Positions 18,656-28,391 of a stretch of 64,000 nt of DNA are shown here, one piece after another. Position 1 is the first letter of the stretch, and every line of letters starts with the position of its first letter. Position numbers and translations under genes: made by a program. The stretch comes from a virus (taxonomy: Duplodnaviria; Heunggongvirae; Uroviricota; Caudoviricetes), in IMG/VR virus record IMGVR_UViG_3300028585_000514. One strand, written 5' to 3'. The notes beneath the pieces are model-generated. The model was not told where the DNA came from, ran no database searches, and saw only the letters and a program-made list of their open reading frames with translations.

Positions 18656-19398
18656 AAACTCTCGTCGCGCTTCTAGCGGCGGCAGTGTTCTCAACCGCTG
18701 CTTTCGCTGCTTCACCGTGCGACCAGATGTTTGCGTTCGGCTATCCAACACAGACCACTGTACAAGATACCACCAAGCTCTGTCGCATCAACTACTTCGT
18801 TGAACACGATAATACCAAGAAGGTTCCTTTGTACTCAGCGGAACTCCTTCTCAAGGAATACTTCACGAGCAAGAACAAGCGTGTCAACGCTTTCAAGCCT
18901 GATCCAGACCTTGACGAAGGCAAACGCGCTGAACTATCGGATTATGATAAGCGGTACGATCGTGGTCACATGACTCCCTTCGAAGATACTAAATACGAAT
19001 CAGCTGCATCGCTTCAAACGTTCTACCTCTCGAATATGATCCCGCAAGACCTCCACCTTAATCGTGGACTATGGCGATCTATCGAGAATAGGACCCGGCG
19101 ATATGCGTACAATCGTCCACAAGGCGTTTACGTTATCACCGGTCCCGTGTTCACTGGAAAGTACAAGACGATCGGCGATGGTGTCGCTGTACCGACGTCC
19201 GTTTTCAAAGTCATTATTGACAGGAAAACAAAACAAGGAATTGGCTACATCGTTCCTAACACCAAGCCAAAAGCTGGTGTGACTCCGGAAACTTATCGAG
19301 TTCCGATTTCGGAAGTTGAGAAGGCCACTGGTTTGAACTTTACTCCATCGCTCAAGAATGCTTCGTTCAAAACCGCGATTGGTGTAGGTTTCCAGTGA
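18652..19398 (+). CDS. DNA/RNA non-specific endonuclease (NucA/EndA family) with a signal peptide
   Basis: YDRGHMTP, FYLSNMIPQ...N.G.W..IE, VITGPVF; hydrophobic N-terminus. Confidence 0.92.
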   Translation: MKTLVALLAAAVFSTAAFAASPCDQMFAFGYPTQTTVQDTTKLCRINYFVEHDNTKKVPLYSAELLLKEYFTSKNKRVNAFKPDPDLDEGKRAELSDYDKRYDRGHMTPFEDTKYESAASLQTFYLSNMIPQDLHLNRGLWRSIENRTRRYAYNRPQGVYVITGPVFTGKYKTIGDGVAVPTSVFKVIIDRKTKQGIGYIVPNTKPKAGVTPETYRVPISEVEKATGLNFTPSLKNASFKTAIGVGFQ

Positions 19399-19464
19399 GA
19401 TGAATAACCGATGCAGGGTACAATATGATCCTGCATCACCATAACAAAAATAATAGGAAATACC

Positions 19465-19890
19465 ATGTCTTTGATCGACAAAGTAAAGGCAGACCAATTG
19501 GCTGCCCGTAAAGCCCGCGACCAAGTTGCGGCATCCCTCCTAACCACTCTAATCGGTGAACTGACCACTGTCGCTAAGAACGCTGGTCGTGAGTACCCAA
19601 CCGACGAAGAAGTTACTGCAGTCATTCGTAAGTTCCTGAAAAGCAACACCGAACTGCAGACCCACCTAATCGACGTCGCAATGCTGGCTACGGCAAAGAT
19701 CGAAGCTCTGCTTCTGTCTTCGTTCCTACCAAAGCAAATGTCCGAAGATGAACTGCGCGAAGCTGTTAAGGCGATCGTTGCAGATGGTGCGTCGAACGTT
19801 GGTGCTGTAATGGGCCAACTGAAAGCAAAGCATACTGGTCTATACGATGGTAAGCTAGCAAGCACCATCATCAAGGAAGTCTTGGGCTAA
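19465..19890 (+). CDS. GatB/YqeY domain protein
   Basis: A.KARD...L, E..LL.SFLPKQMSE.EL, G.VMG.LK...G..DGK.AS. Confidence 0.9.
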   Translation: MSLIDKVKADQLAARKARDQVAASLLTTLIGELTTVAKNAGREYPTDEEVTAVIRKFLKSNTELQTHLIDVAMLATAKIEALLLSSFLPKQMSEDELREAVKAIVADGASNVGAVMGQLKAKHTGLYDGKLASTIIKEVLG

Positions 19891-19891
19891 T

Positions 19892-20440
19892 ATGCAGAAC
19901 TTCAACAAGGACGCGGAAGTCCAATTCACTTCCGACTGGTGGGTACGTGTCAACCAAGATGAGACCAAGCTAATCGCATGGTTGAAAAAGTTGTACGGAA
20001 CCGAGATTGGTGGTCATGATGATTACTTCTCGTTCTTGTCGAAGTTCCAAGTCGATGATCGTACGGAGAAAATTTTTACGAACATCGCACTTGATGAACT
20101 GAAACATGGCGGCTTGATCGAAAACCTACTCGATGCTCGTGGTCATAAGCTCGATCCGAATCCGCCACAGAGTTCGTATTGGCTGGAAATGGATTCACAC
20201 ATCGAGGACCTGAAAACTGCTGCGGCAGTAAACTACTTCGGTGAAGCGTTGGCTGCATTCCGGTTTGAAGTGATCATCGATCATCCAGCAACACCGTCTG
20301 ATGTCAAAGAAATCCTGAACGTGATTCTTCCTGATGAGCAGTTCCATCGCACCACTTTGCGTCGCATTGCAGGTGAAGACATGATCGGTAAGTTCCAGGA
20401 AATCCACGACACTGCAGTTCGCCGTTTGAAAGGCACGTAA
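19892..20440 (+). CDS. Ferritin-like diiron protein
   Basis: Two E...DExxH motifs (DELKH, DEQFH). Confidence 0.75.
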   Translation: MQNFNKDAEVQFTSDWWVRVNQDETKLIAWLKKLYGTEIGGHDDYFSFLSKFQVDDRTEKIFTNIALDELKHGGLIENLLDARGHKLDPNPPQSSYWLEMDSHIEDLKTAAAVNYFGEALAAFRFEVIIDHPATPSDVKEILNVILPDEQFHRTTLRRIAGEDMIGKFQEIHDTAVRRLKGT

Positions 20441-20985
20441 TGCACACAAAGGAAAGCAAGTTCGTTTCATTCGTTCTTCGCCACTCTGCAGAAAAGCTTG
20501 GCCTCGACATCGACTCACAAGGTTGGGTGTCGGTTGAAGGTCTGCTGCGACTTTGTCACAAATCGAAGTACACCAACGTTACGATGGAAGTCCTTGAACA
20601 GATTGTTGCTCAAGATCAAAAACACCGTTACAACTTCAACGAAGATCGAACTAAGATTCGTGCAAACCAAGGTCACTCCATGGAATGCGTAAAGATCAAT
20701 TTCGATAAAACAGTACCCCCGCAGGTACTGTTTCACGGAACTTCATGTGATTCGCTTCAAGCCATCCATGAACACGGTATTTCGAAAATGAAGCGCCATC
20801 ATGTCCACCTCTCCGAAACATTGGAGACAGCGCAAACCGTTGGTCTGCGCCATGGCAAACTTGCTGTGCTTGTTCTCGATACTTCTCAAATGTGGGCCGA
20901 CGGCATCGAGTTCCTCCGTTCCGACAACAACGTTTGGCTGGTCGATCACGTCGATCCAAAATACATCAAAGACACCTTCATATGA
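20440..20985 (+). CDS. kptA: RNA 2'-phosphotransferase (Tpt1/KptA)
   Basis: S..LRH, KIRANQGHS, LFHGT, RHHVHLS, NNVWL. Confidence 0.95.
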   Translation: MHTKESKFVSFVLRHSAEKLGLDIDSQGWVSVEGLLRLCHKSKYTNVTMEVLEQIVAQDQKHRYNFNEDRTKIRANQGHSMECVKINFDKTVPPQVLFHGTSCDSLQAIHEHGISKMKRHHVHLSETLETAQTVGLRHGKLAVLVLDTSQMWADGIEFLRSDNNVWLVDHVDPKYIKDTFI

Positions 20986-21482
20986 GTTTGATTGCCCCTT
21001 CCCTTCCTCAACCTAAGGTTCGTGCCAAGATCACCAATGGCACGACCGAGTACAACATCATGTTCAGCGTCCTCCGGGAGTTTTCTGGAGCGAAGCGCAA
21101 CGTCATGCTTCACGCATTCTTCGTAGCATACGTGAACAAGCTGATCAAGACTTCGCTGGCAAATCATGTCGAAGGTACGCAAGATTATTACAACACCCTC
21201 CAGAGTGTTGGCAGCAGCCAGTCCCAGTATCAGGAAATCTTCGATCAAAGTCCACAGCAATATCAAACCAAAGGACTTGATCTTGTTCGCGACTTTGCTT
21301 GTGCTCTCGAACTCGAAGCCAATACCAAGAAGCTGATGGACATCGCCGGAGTGGAAGGCTTCGACATCGAACCGATGTCGACTCTGGACTCGAGCTACTT
21401 CTACGACATCAACTATCTCGGTTTCGACGTCAAAGTAATCAGCGCAGCCGAGCAGGCAGCAAGAACGCGTCCTGGAAAATAA
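20982..21482 (+). CDS. Hypothetical protein
   Basis: ATGA-coupled start at 20982. Confidence 0.8.
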   Translation: MSLIAPSLPQPKVRAKITNGTTEYNIMFSVLREFSGAKRNVMLHAFFVAYVNKLIKTSLANHVEGTQDYYNTLQSVGSSQSQYQEIFDQSPQQYQTKGLDLVRDFACALELEANTKKLMDIAGVEGFDIEPMSTLDSSYFYDINYLGFDVKVISAAEQAARTRPGK

Positions 21483-21504
21483 TTTGTAACAGCGCAAAAA
21501 TTGT

Positions 21505-21562
21505 TGTACATTTCTTCAAGTTCAATGTATTATAGCTACATCGACAACGAACTTGAAGGAAA
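21505..21562 (+). promoter_or_regulatory. Early promoter plus a repeated leader (ATCGACAACGAACTTGAAGGAAA)
   Basis: TGTACA-N17-TATTAT; the 23-nt leader is identical at 41105-41127. Confidence 0.7.
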
Positions 21563-21567
21563 ACAAA

Positions 21568-21981
21568 ATGGCTGCTTATGTCTACGCTCTGAACACCAAC
21601 GTCCGCACCATCGCTGGTTTCACCGTGGGTGTAGCTGAATATCGCTACAAAGAGCACACCACCGCCTTCGGTGCAGACGACCTGAACCAGAAGCTGTACA
21701 ACAAGCTCTGCGCTCGTCGTGCCAAGTTCTTCGAGAAGAATCCTCTCCCAACCTTGATGACCACTGGCAATATGGATAAGCCGGATACCCTGGTCGAAGG
21801 TCACGAAGTCTACATCTGCGCTGGTGCAGTGTATGATGACTACAAGGTCCGCACCAAGGTCGGCACCCTCCGCAAGGATGGCCGTAGCTGGACCATCGAC
21901 TTCATTCCAAATGCTGACAAGCTGATCGCCATCCACAAAGAGGCGGAAGCCTTCCGTGCAGCTAACATGAGCGAGGCATAA
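21568..21981 (+). CDS. Hypothetical early protein
   Basis: AAGGA RBS; strong codon bias. Confidence 0.85.
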   Translation: MAAYVYALNTNVRTIAGFTVGVAEYRYKEHTTAFGADDLNQKLYNKLCARRAKFFEKNPLPTLMTTGNMDKPDTLVEGHEVYICAGAVYDDYKVRTKVGTLRKDGRSWTIDFIPNADKLIAIHKEAEAFRAANMSEA

Positions 21982-21982
21982 T

Positions 21983-22192
21983 ATGCCTTTCCTCTTTCCT
22001 CTCAAACTTCGTACCGTGCCTCTCGAAAAACTCTGGACTGGTGTCGTTGAACCGACCGAAGCTCAGAAGAAACGTGTTCGCTTTGGTACCATGTTTACCC
22101 TGCACCAGATGCTGAATCGCGCTGGTGTCAAGCACGAGAACGCTGACACTCTGATTTGCTCTGGTTACGTTAAAACTAAGGATCGTTTCTGA
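21983..22192 (+). CDS. Hypothetical protein
   Basis: 69-aa ORF in the operon. Confidence 0.7.
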   Translation: MPFLFPLKLRTVPLEKLWTGVVEPTEAQKKRVRFGTMFTLHQMLNRAGVKHENADTLICSGYVKTKDRF

Positions 22193-22548
22193 TGAACTAC
22201 ACCCAAACCAAGAAGCACACCTTCAATGACCTAGTTAAGCGGAAGCGCGCAGCATGGAGGAAACGCCGATACGGCTCCCGCTACATCCGTAAGGATGTCA
22301 AAGTCGGTTCCGTTGTCGAAGGCTGTGACCTCCACATCGGACACGTCACTCACGTGAATCCTTACAATGGTGATGTGACGATCAAATCGTTCTTCACTGG
22401 CAAGGAAGGCAACTGTGACCTCTACCACTGCGGTGTTGTCGTGCAGACGACCAAGCAAATCATCCAGAAGCTGGAGCTGTATCGCACTGGCGGTAAGAAG
22501 GCAATCAGTGACCTGTGGGAGGAACGTGTCCGCAAAGGTACATACTAA
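22192..22548 (+). CDS. Hypothetical protein
   Basis: TGATG-coupled ORF. Confidence 0.8.
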   Translation: MNYTQTKKHTFNDLVKRKRAAWRKRRYGSRYIRKDVKVGSVVEGCDLHIGHVTHVNPYNGDVTIKSFFTGKEGNCDLYHCGVVVQTTKQIIQKLELYRTGGKKAISDLWEERVRKGTY

Positions 22549-22614
22549 AATATAAATTTTAGTTACCTCGAATAAATATCAAGAAGCAATTCTTGATATT
22601 TTTCGGGGCATTCG

Positions 22615-23274
22615 ATGGGTTCATTCTACGATTCATTCATTTACAAGGCGTATTCCAAAGCTCTCTACCACATCACTCATATCAACTGGAACTGGATTGA
22701 TAAGAAGATAAACGGTAGCTACTACAATCTTACTGAAGCTGACCACAACGATATTCGTGCGGCATTAGCTAAGAATTACTTCATCATCGGTACTCGACGC
22801 AATAACTTCATGTCGACATACCTAATCATGCTTGCCCATTTCGTCAAAACCGGAAAGAAGTGTCATTACTCACACGTCCTTCTAAACCTTGAAGAAGATG
22901 ATCCTGCAACTGACGAGCATTATCAACTTTACGAATCCACTTCAAAAGGTGTTGGCATTGGTACTTTCAAAGAAGTATTTGATGTCGATTCTGTTGTCCT
23001 CCTACGTCCTAAGAATATCTCGATTGAAGAATGGCACTATGTTGTCGAGCAAGTAAAGAAAGACATTGGCAAGCCATACGATGATTTCTTCAAGATTAAC
23101 GATGATACTCACCTCTCGTGCGTTGAGTTGATCCGAAATGGTCTAAAAAAGATTCCGGATTACGATAAGAAGTTTGCAAACTTTGAGGCAGAGATTGCAA
23201 AGGCAGGCAACTTAACTCCAGAAATGTATTACACTTCCAAGGACTTCGAAATCGTTTACGAAATTCGTCGTTAA
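22615..23274 (+). CDS. Permuted papain-like amidase (YiiX/YebB-like NlpC/P60)
   Basis: HYSHV before YES, GKPYD.FF, LSCVELI (His before Cys); late box at 22571-22578. Confidence 0.75.
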   Translation: MGSFYDSFIYKAYSKALYHITHINWNWIDKKINGSYYNLTEADHNDIRAALAKNYFIIGTRRNNFMSTYLIMLAHFVKTGKKCHYSHVLLNLEEDDPATDEHYQLYESTSKGVGIGTFKEVFDVDSVVLLRPKNISIEEWHYVVEQVKKDIGKPYDDFFKINDDTHLSCVELIRNGLKKIPDYDKKFANFEAEIAKAGNLTPEMYYTSKDFEIVYEIRR

Positions 23275-23390
23275 CACTTCAGCAACACCTCAGAAAAGCG
23301 AACCTATAATGGTTCGCTTTTTTCGTATGGAAACACACTTTATGTGCTTCCCAATTTATAATTCACTCCGTCGTCAACCAGGAAAATAAT

Positions 23391-24065
23391 ATGACTTACA
23401 TTGTAGGACTGACCGGTGGTATCGGTTGTGGTAAAAGCACCATTGAAAAAATGTTTCTCGCTCAGGGCAACGTAGCGATCATCGACACCGATGTCATTGC
23501 ACACGAGCTCCAGCAACCAGGAAAGGCAGGTTTTGTATTCATCAAGCAGGCGTTTGGCGACGCCGTTGTCAACTTCGATGGCACGCTGAACCGTGACTAT
23601 CTGCGCAATCTGGTCTTCAACGACAAAGAACAGAAAGCTAAGCTGGAGTCGATCATGACTCCTCTGATCTACCATGTCGTGCTCGACGAGATTGCTAAGG
23701 TAAACCAAGAATCCGTCCTTAATAAAATCAAGGCGAAGCTCTCCGGTGATACTGGCTACGAAGTCAAGTACATCATCCTGACCGTTCCTCTCCTGCTCGA
23801 GAGCAAGGTGTTCAGCAAGTTGGTCGATCGCATTCTGGTCGTCGACTGCCCAGAAGATGTGCAAGTTGCTCGTGTGATGAAGCGCAGTGGCTTGTCGAAG
23901 AAGATGGCAGAGAAGATTCTGCAGGCTCAGTGCCCCCGCATCTTCCGCATCATGAAGTCGGATGATGTCTTGCACAATTACGACTGTGATCCTTCCGATA
24001 ACGAAGAAGCCGTGAAAGCACTACATCAACGCTATCTTGATCTCGCAATTCAAGGTACGAAGTAA
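23391..24065 (+). CDS. coaE: Dephospho-CoA kinase
   Basis: VGLTGGIGCGKS, IDTD.IAH, LNRDYLR.LVF, VPLLLE, DRILVVD. Confidence 0.95.
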   Translation: MTYIVGLTGGIGCGKSTIEKMFLAQGNVAIIDTDVIAHELQQPGKAGFVFIKQAFGDAVVNFDGTLNRDYLRNLVFNDKEQKAKLESIMTPLIYHVVLDEIAKVNQESVLNKIKAKLSGDTGYEVKYIILTVPLLLESKVFSKLVDRILVVDCPEDVQVARVMKRSGLSKKMAEKILQAQCPRIFRIMKSDDVLHNYDCDPSDNEEAVKALHQRYLDLAIQGTK

Positions 24066-24114
24066 TTTCCGCTGAGTATAATTCAACTTCCACATTCCAA
24101 CAAGGATAATATAA

Positions 24115-24756
24115 ATGTTCGACAAGCTCAAGAGCATGGTCTGGACTTCGGATGAACCGGCTCAAACGCCGGCCGCCACTCCGGCTCCAGCACCACAACC
24201 GGCACAAGCTACTCCGATGAACCAAAACTTCCAGTTCGCAACGGAAGTCGCTGCACCGGTTGATCCGGTTCTGGATGTCGATGGCATCCGCACTGCAATC
24301 GTCAGCGTCATCGAAACCCAGCCTGGCTTCGCCGACTTCATGAAATTCGCTGCCGCATCGGCCGCTCTCGAAAAGGTGATCCCGATCGAAGGCACTCGTA
24401 TGCAAGCAGCACAGGCTACCTCCGGCCTGACCCGTGATCAACTGCTGGCTTCGGTGAATACCTTCACCGGTGTGCTGGAAGGTGAAGCACAGAACTTCCA
24501 GACCTCGTACGTCGCCGCTGCTGAACAGAACATTCAGCTGGTGAATAACGAAGTCGGTACGATCGATGGTGAAATCCAGGCGCTGACCGCGAAGCTGGCT
24601 GAACTGTCGACTCGCCGCCAAGAACTGGTTGCCGATGGAATGACCAAATCCTCGGAACTGGCCAAAGCCAAGATCGACTTCGACTCGATCATGAAATCGA
24701 TCACTGCACGTTACACCGACGCAGCGAACAAAATCCAACAATTCCTGACTGCTTAA
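24115..24756 (+). CDS. Hypothetical coiled-coil protein, first gene of the envelope cluster
   Basis: Pro/Ala linker and helical C-terminus; AAGGA RBS. Confidence 0.85.
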   Translation: MFDKLKSMVWTSDEPAQTPAATPAPAPQPAQATPMNQNFQFATEVAAPVDPVLDVDGIRTAIVSVIETQPGFADFMKFAAASAALEKVIPIEGTRMQAAQATSGLTRDQLLASVNTFTGVLEGEAQNFQTSYVAAAEQNIQLVNNEVGTIDGEIQALTAKLAELSTRRQELVADGMTKSSELAKAKIDFDSIMKSITARYTDAANKIQQFLTA

Positions 24757-24760
24757 AATC

Positions 24761-25762
24761 ATGACCACCACGAACAAGAAATCCTTCTGGGACTCCAAAG
24801 AAGGCACGACCGGTATGGTCGTCGGCCTTGGCATCTTCGGTGCCATCGGCTACGGCGCCTACAAGATCATGCCGTACGTTGCCAACCTGCTCGAGAACAC
24901 GTTCTACGCGATCCTGTTCGGCACCCTGTCCGTGGCACTGTTCTACGCAGTGGTCATCGACAACACCCTTCGCAGCCGTGGCTGGTTGGTGTACAAGATG
25001 CTGATGCGCGCACTGACCTACTCGATCATCAAATTCGATCCAGTCGGCGTGCTTCGCGAACTGCAAAAGAAAGCCAAGCAACGCATCGAAGACATCGCCA
25101 ACAACCGTAACGCAGTTAACGGCCAGGTCAAGCAAATCACCGCCACGGTAAATGCGCTGATGAACGACGAACGTTCGCTGATCAGCAAGTGCGAAGCACT
25201 GCGTAAGCAGAATGCTGACCCGATGGAAATCCAGTCGGCACTTTCGAAACTCGGCAAGGTCCGTGCATCGAAAGAACGCATGAACAAGACCCAAGCTCAA
25301 GTTCAAGGCTTCTACGACCAGCTGAACAAGGCTTACAAGGCGCTCGTGATCATCGACGGCGACATCGACTTCGAGATCAACATCCAGGAACGTGAGTACA
25401 AAGCTGTCTCCGCTGCCCATGCTGCCTGGAAGAATGTCCGTGCCGCACTGAAAGGTACCGACGAAATCGATTCGCTCCGCAATGACACCCTGGCCTGGAT
25501 GGCTGAAGACTACGGCAACAAGCTTGGCGCCATCGAATCCTGGATGGACGACTCGAAGAAGTTCATCGATGATGTCGACCTGCAGCAACTGATGTACGCT
25601 GAAGACGGCTTGAAAGTCCTCGAAGGTCTCAACAGCGTCGACCTGAACGTGGTACAATCGAAGACTGCTGCACCGGCTCTGTCGCAAAGCACCCCTAATG
25701 TCCTGTATCCGAATGTGAACGTCGGTGCAAAGACTGTTGAATATTCCGTTCGCAACAAGTAA
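24761..25762 (+). CDS. Membrane-anchored coiled-coil protein, PspA/IM30-like (tentative)
   Basis: Two N-terminal TM segments, DP..VL motif, about 200-aa heptad region. Confidence 0.6.
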   Translation: MTTTNKKSFWDSKEGTTGMVVGLGIFGAIGYGAYKIMPYVANLLENTFYAILFGTLSVALFYAVVIDNTLRSRGWLVYKMLMRALTYSIIKFDPVGVLRELQKKAKQRIEDIANNRNAVNGQVKQITATVNALMNDERSLISKCEALRKQNADPMEIQSALSKLGKVRASKERMNKTQAQVQGFYDQLNKAYKALVIIDGDIDFEINIQEREYKAVSAAHAAWKNVRAALKGTDEIDSLRNDTLAWMAEDYGNKLGAIESWMDDSKKFIDDVDLQQLMYAEDGLKVLEGLNSVDLNVVQSKTAAPALSQSTPNVLYPNVNVGAKTVEYSVRNK

Positions 25763-25783
25763 AAAAGAAAGGCATCAAATAAT

Positions 25784-27550
25784 ATGGCTCTCACTCCTGG
25801 CTTCAAGAAGTTCATCGCCCTGATCGCTACCGTCGGTGTTGTTGGTGGTGGTATCTACGGATACAAAGCAGGCTACTTCGCTTCCAAGGCAACTGCCGAA
25901 TCGCAAGTCCTGGAAAAAATGGATGTCACCGCATCCGCTTCGTCCACCCCGATGCCTTCGTCGGTACTGAACATCGCTCCAGTGACCAGCGGCTTCAAAG
26001 CAAAGCTGCTGACCATCCCCTGGAATGCAACACTCGGTCTGCAATACGCTAACGGTGCACCGACCACTGCACCTGGCTCGATCATGGCAAAGCATGGCGT
26101 CAACTTGACGATCGAACGTCAAGACGACTACGCTCAAATGCTGACCGAGCAAGTCAAGTTCGCAAAAGCTGTCGCAAACGGCGAAGCGAACCCTTCCGAA
26201 GGTGCAGCATTCGTCATCATCATGGGTGACGGCTTCCCTGGCTATGTCGCTGGTGCTCAAGAAGCACTTGGCAAACTCGGTCAACAAATCCAGGTCGTCG
26301 GCTCCGTCGGCTACAGCCGCGGTGAAGACAAGTGCATGATGCCAGCCAACGTCAAGGCTGATGCACAAAAAGCACGTGGTACCCTGATCGGTGGTGTCAA
26401 GGCCGATGGTGACCTGAACATCTGTCTGAAGTGGGCAAGCGACAACGGCATCCCAGTGAACGTCGATGGCTCGACCTACGATCCAAAAGCGATCAACTTC
26501 GTTTACACTGACTCGTTCGTCAAGGCTGACGAGAACTACATCGCTGGCTACTGCGAAAATCGTCCAGTCGTCGACGGTGGCAAGAAGACCGGTGAAACTC
26601 GCAAGGTCTGCCAGAACGGCACCGCTACCTGGACTCCAGGTGACGTGAAGGTCGCTACCAAGAAAGGTGGTCTGGTCTCGATCGCTTCGACCAAAGAATA
26701 CATGTGGCAGATGCCGTCGATCATCATCGGCAACAAAGCATGGATGGAGAAAAATCCGCAGTACGTCGAGAACCTCCTGGCTGCAGCATTCGAAGGTGGT
26801 GAAGCAGTTCGTTCGAACGATGCTGCTCTGACCCAAGCTGCTGACATCGCTGCCAAGGTCTTCAACGAAGAAACCGGCGCTTACTGGAAGCGCTACTTCA
26901 AAGGTGTGGTCGAGCCTGACCTGCAAGGTCAAGACATCCACCTGGGTGGTTCGACTACCAATGGTCTGGGTGACAATGCCTTCCTCTTCGGTCTGAACGG
27001 CAATGACAACCTGTACAAGCGAGTCTACAACGTCTATGGCGGCACCGTTGCCAAGCTGTACCCAGATGTTCTGCCGAAGCTGCTGCCTTACGAAAATGTC
27101 GTGAACACTTCGTACATCCAGTCGCTGCTCGGTAAAGCTACGACCACTGCACAAGCTGTCAAGCCAGAATTCAGCTCGACCCAGCAAGTGACCGGTACCT
27201 TCGCCAAGAAATCGTACTCGATCGAGTTCAAGACCGGCAGCGCAGAGTTCAACTCGTCGGCAATCGCTACCTTGAACGACCTGCTCGACCAAGTCTCGAT
27301 CAGCGGTCTGACGATCCAGGTCAATGGCCACACCGATAACACCGGCAACAGCGAGATCAATCAAGCCCTGTCGAAGAAGCGTGCCGATGCTGTCAAGACC
27401 TGGCTGATGAACAATGCTTCGAGCACCTTCCCAGCCGAACGTATCCGTACCCGTGGTTATGGTGACAGCCAGCCAGTCGCTGACAATGGCTCCGAGTCCG
27501 GCAAAGCTCAGAACCGCCGCGTCGAAATCGTCCTGCTGAACACGAACTAA
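25784..27550 (+). CDS. Substrate-binding protein (NitT/TauT-like) fused to a C-terminal OmpA peptidoglycan-binding domain
   Basis: N-terminal TM; PBP2-like body; F.TGSA, GHTDNTG....N..LS..RA..V, GYG...PVADN...G...NRRVE. Confidence 0.9.
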   Translation: MALTPGFKKFIALIATVGVVGGGIYGYKAGYFASKATAESQVLEKMDVTASASSTPMPSSVLNIAPVTSGFKAKLLTIPWNATLGLQYANGAPTTAPGSIMAKHGVNLTIERQDDYAQMLTEQVKFAKAVANGEANPSEGAAFVIIMGDGFPGYVAGAQEALGKLGQQIQVVGSVGYSRGEDKCMMPANVKADAQKARGTLIGGVKADGDLNICLKWASDNGIPVNVDGSTYDPKAINFVYTDSFVKADENYIAGYCENRPVVDGGKKTGETRKVCQNGTATWTPGDVKVATKKGGLVSIASTKEYMWQMPSIIIGNKAWMEKNPQYVENLLAAAFEGGEAVRSNDAALTQAADIAAKVFNEETGAYWKRYFKGVVEPDLQGQDIHLGGSTTNGLGDNAFLFGLNGNDNLYKRVYNVYGGTVAKLYPDVLPKLLPYENVVNTSYIQSLLGKATTTAQAVKPEFSSTQQVTGTFAKKSYSIEFKTGSAEFNSSAIATLNDLLDQVSISGLTIQVNGHTDNTGNSEINQALSKKRADAVKTWLMNNASSTFPAERIRTRGYGDSQPVADNGSESGKAQNRRVEIVLLNTN

Positions 27551-27567
27551 TTCAGCAACACCTCTAG

Positions 27568-27596
27568 AAAAGGAGACTTCGGTCTCCTTTTCTTTT
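27568..27596 (+). terminator. Intrinsic terminator inside the envelope cluster
   Basis: AAAAGGAGAC-TTCG-GTCTCCTTTT followed by a U-tract. Confidence 0.85.
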
Positions 27597-27617
27597 CACA
27601 AAAATAATAGTGAAATC

Positions 27618-28391
27618 ATGAACTTCAAAAAACTCGTAGCACCATTCTCTGGCGGCTCCATCGCCCTTCTCGCAGGAATCCAGTTTGCTTTCCTGATGCT
27701 GATGTGGATCATCGCTCCAAACAGCCTGTTCCCATCGCCAGTCGAAGTTCTCCAGTCATGGAATAAACTCGCAACCGAACATGGTCTACTAGTCGAACTC
27801 GGCCGTAGCTCATGGACCATCCTTCAAGCCCTGTTCTACAGCTCGATCATCGGTGCCACCATCGCCTATCTTGCTGCACTGAATATCATCAAGCCAATGG
27901 CTAAAGGCCTTGCTGGTCTCCGCTTCCTCGGCTTTGCTGGTATCACGTTCATGTTCACTATGTGGACCGACGATGGTGCCTCGCTCAAGGTCTGGTTGTT
28001 GACCTTTGGTATGTTGGTGTTCCAAGTCACGAACATGCTTGCGGTCACGAATAGCGTCACGCAAGCTGAAGTTGACTATGCCAAGACTCTGCGACTGTCT
28101 CCGTTCCGTACGGTGTACGAACTCCTGATCCGTGGCAAGTCGCATGACTTCCTCGACATCCTGCGCCAGAACATGGCAATCGGTTGGGTGATGCTCTCGA
28201 TGGTGGAAGGTCTTGTTCGTTCGGAAGGTGGCATTGGCTCCCTGCTCCTGACGCAAAGCAAGTACCTGAACTTGTCGTCGATCGCTGCAATCCAGATCAC
28301 GATCTTGCTGTATGGCATCGTTCAAGATTATGTCATGGCGATGATCCGTCAACTTGCTTGCCCATACCTGAAATACACCAACGTGAAGTGA
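27618..28391 (+). CDS. ABC transporter permease (NitT/TauT-like)
   Basis: Six hydrophobic segments; FPSP.EV; EAA-like AKTLRLS; E......GGIG.LL. Confidence 0.9.
   Translation: MNFKKLVAPFSGGSIALLAGIQFAFLMLMWIIAPNSLFPSPVEVLQSWNKLATEHGLLVELGRSSWTILQALFYSSIIGATIAYLAALNIIKPMAKGLAGLRFLGFAGITFMFTMWTDDGASLKVWLLTFGMLVFQVTNMLAVTNSVTQAEVDYAKTLRLSPFRTVYELLIRGKSHDFLDILRQNMAIGWVMLSMVEGLVRSEGGIGSLLLTQSKYLNLSSIAAIQITILLYGIVQDYVMAMIRQLACPYLKYTNVK

Noticed and set aside
25775-27364. 529-aa minus-strand ORF, and similar long antisense ORFs at 24701-25687, 29449-30546, 59850-60911, 61465-62469, 62647-63552, 2925-3911 and 36395-37282
   Set aside because: Shadow frames of strongly codon-biased genes on the opposite strand; no RBS or recognisable motifs.
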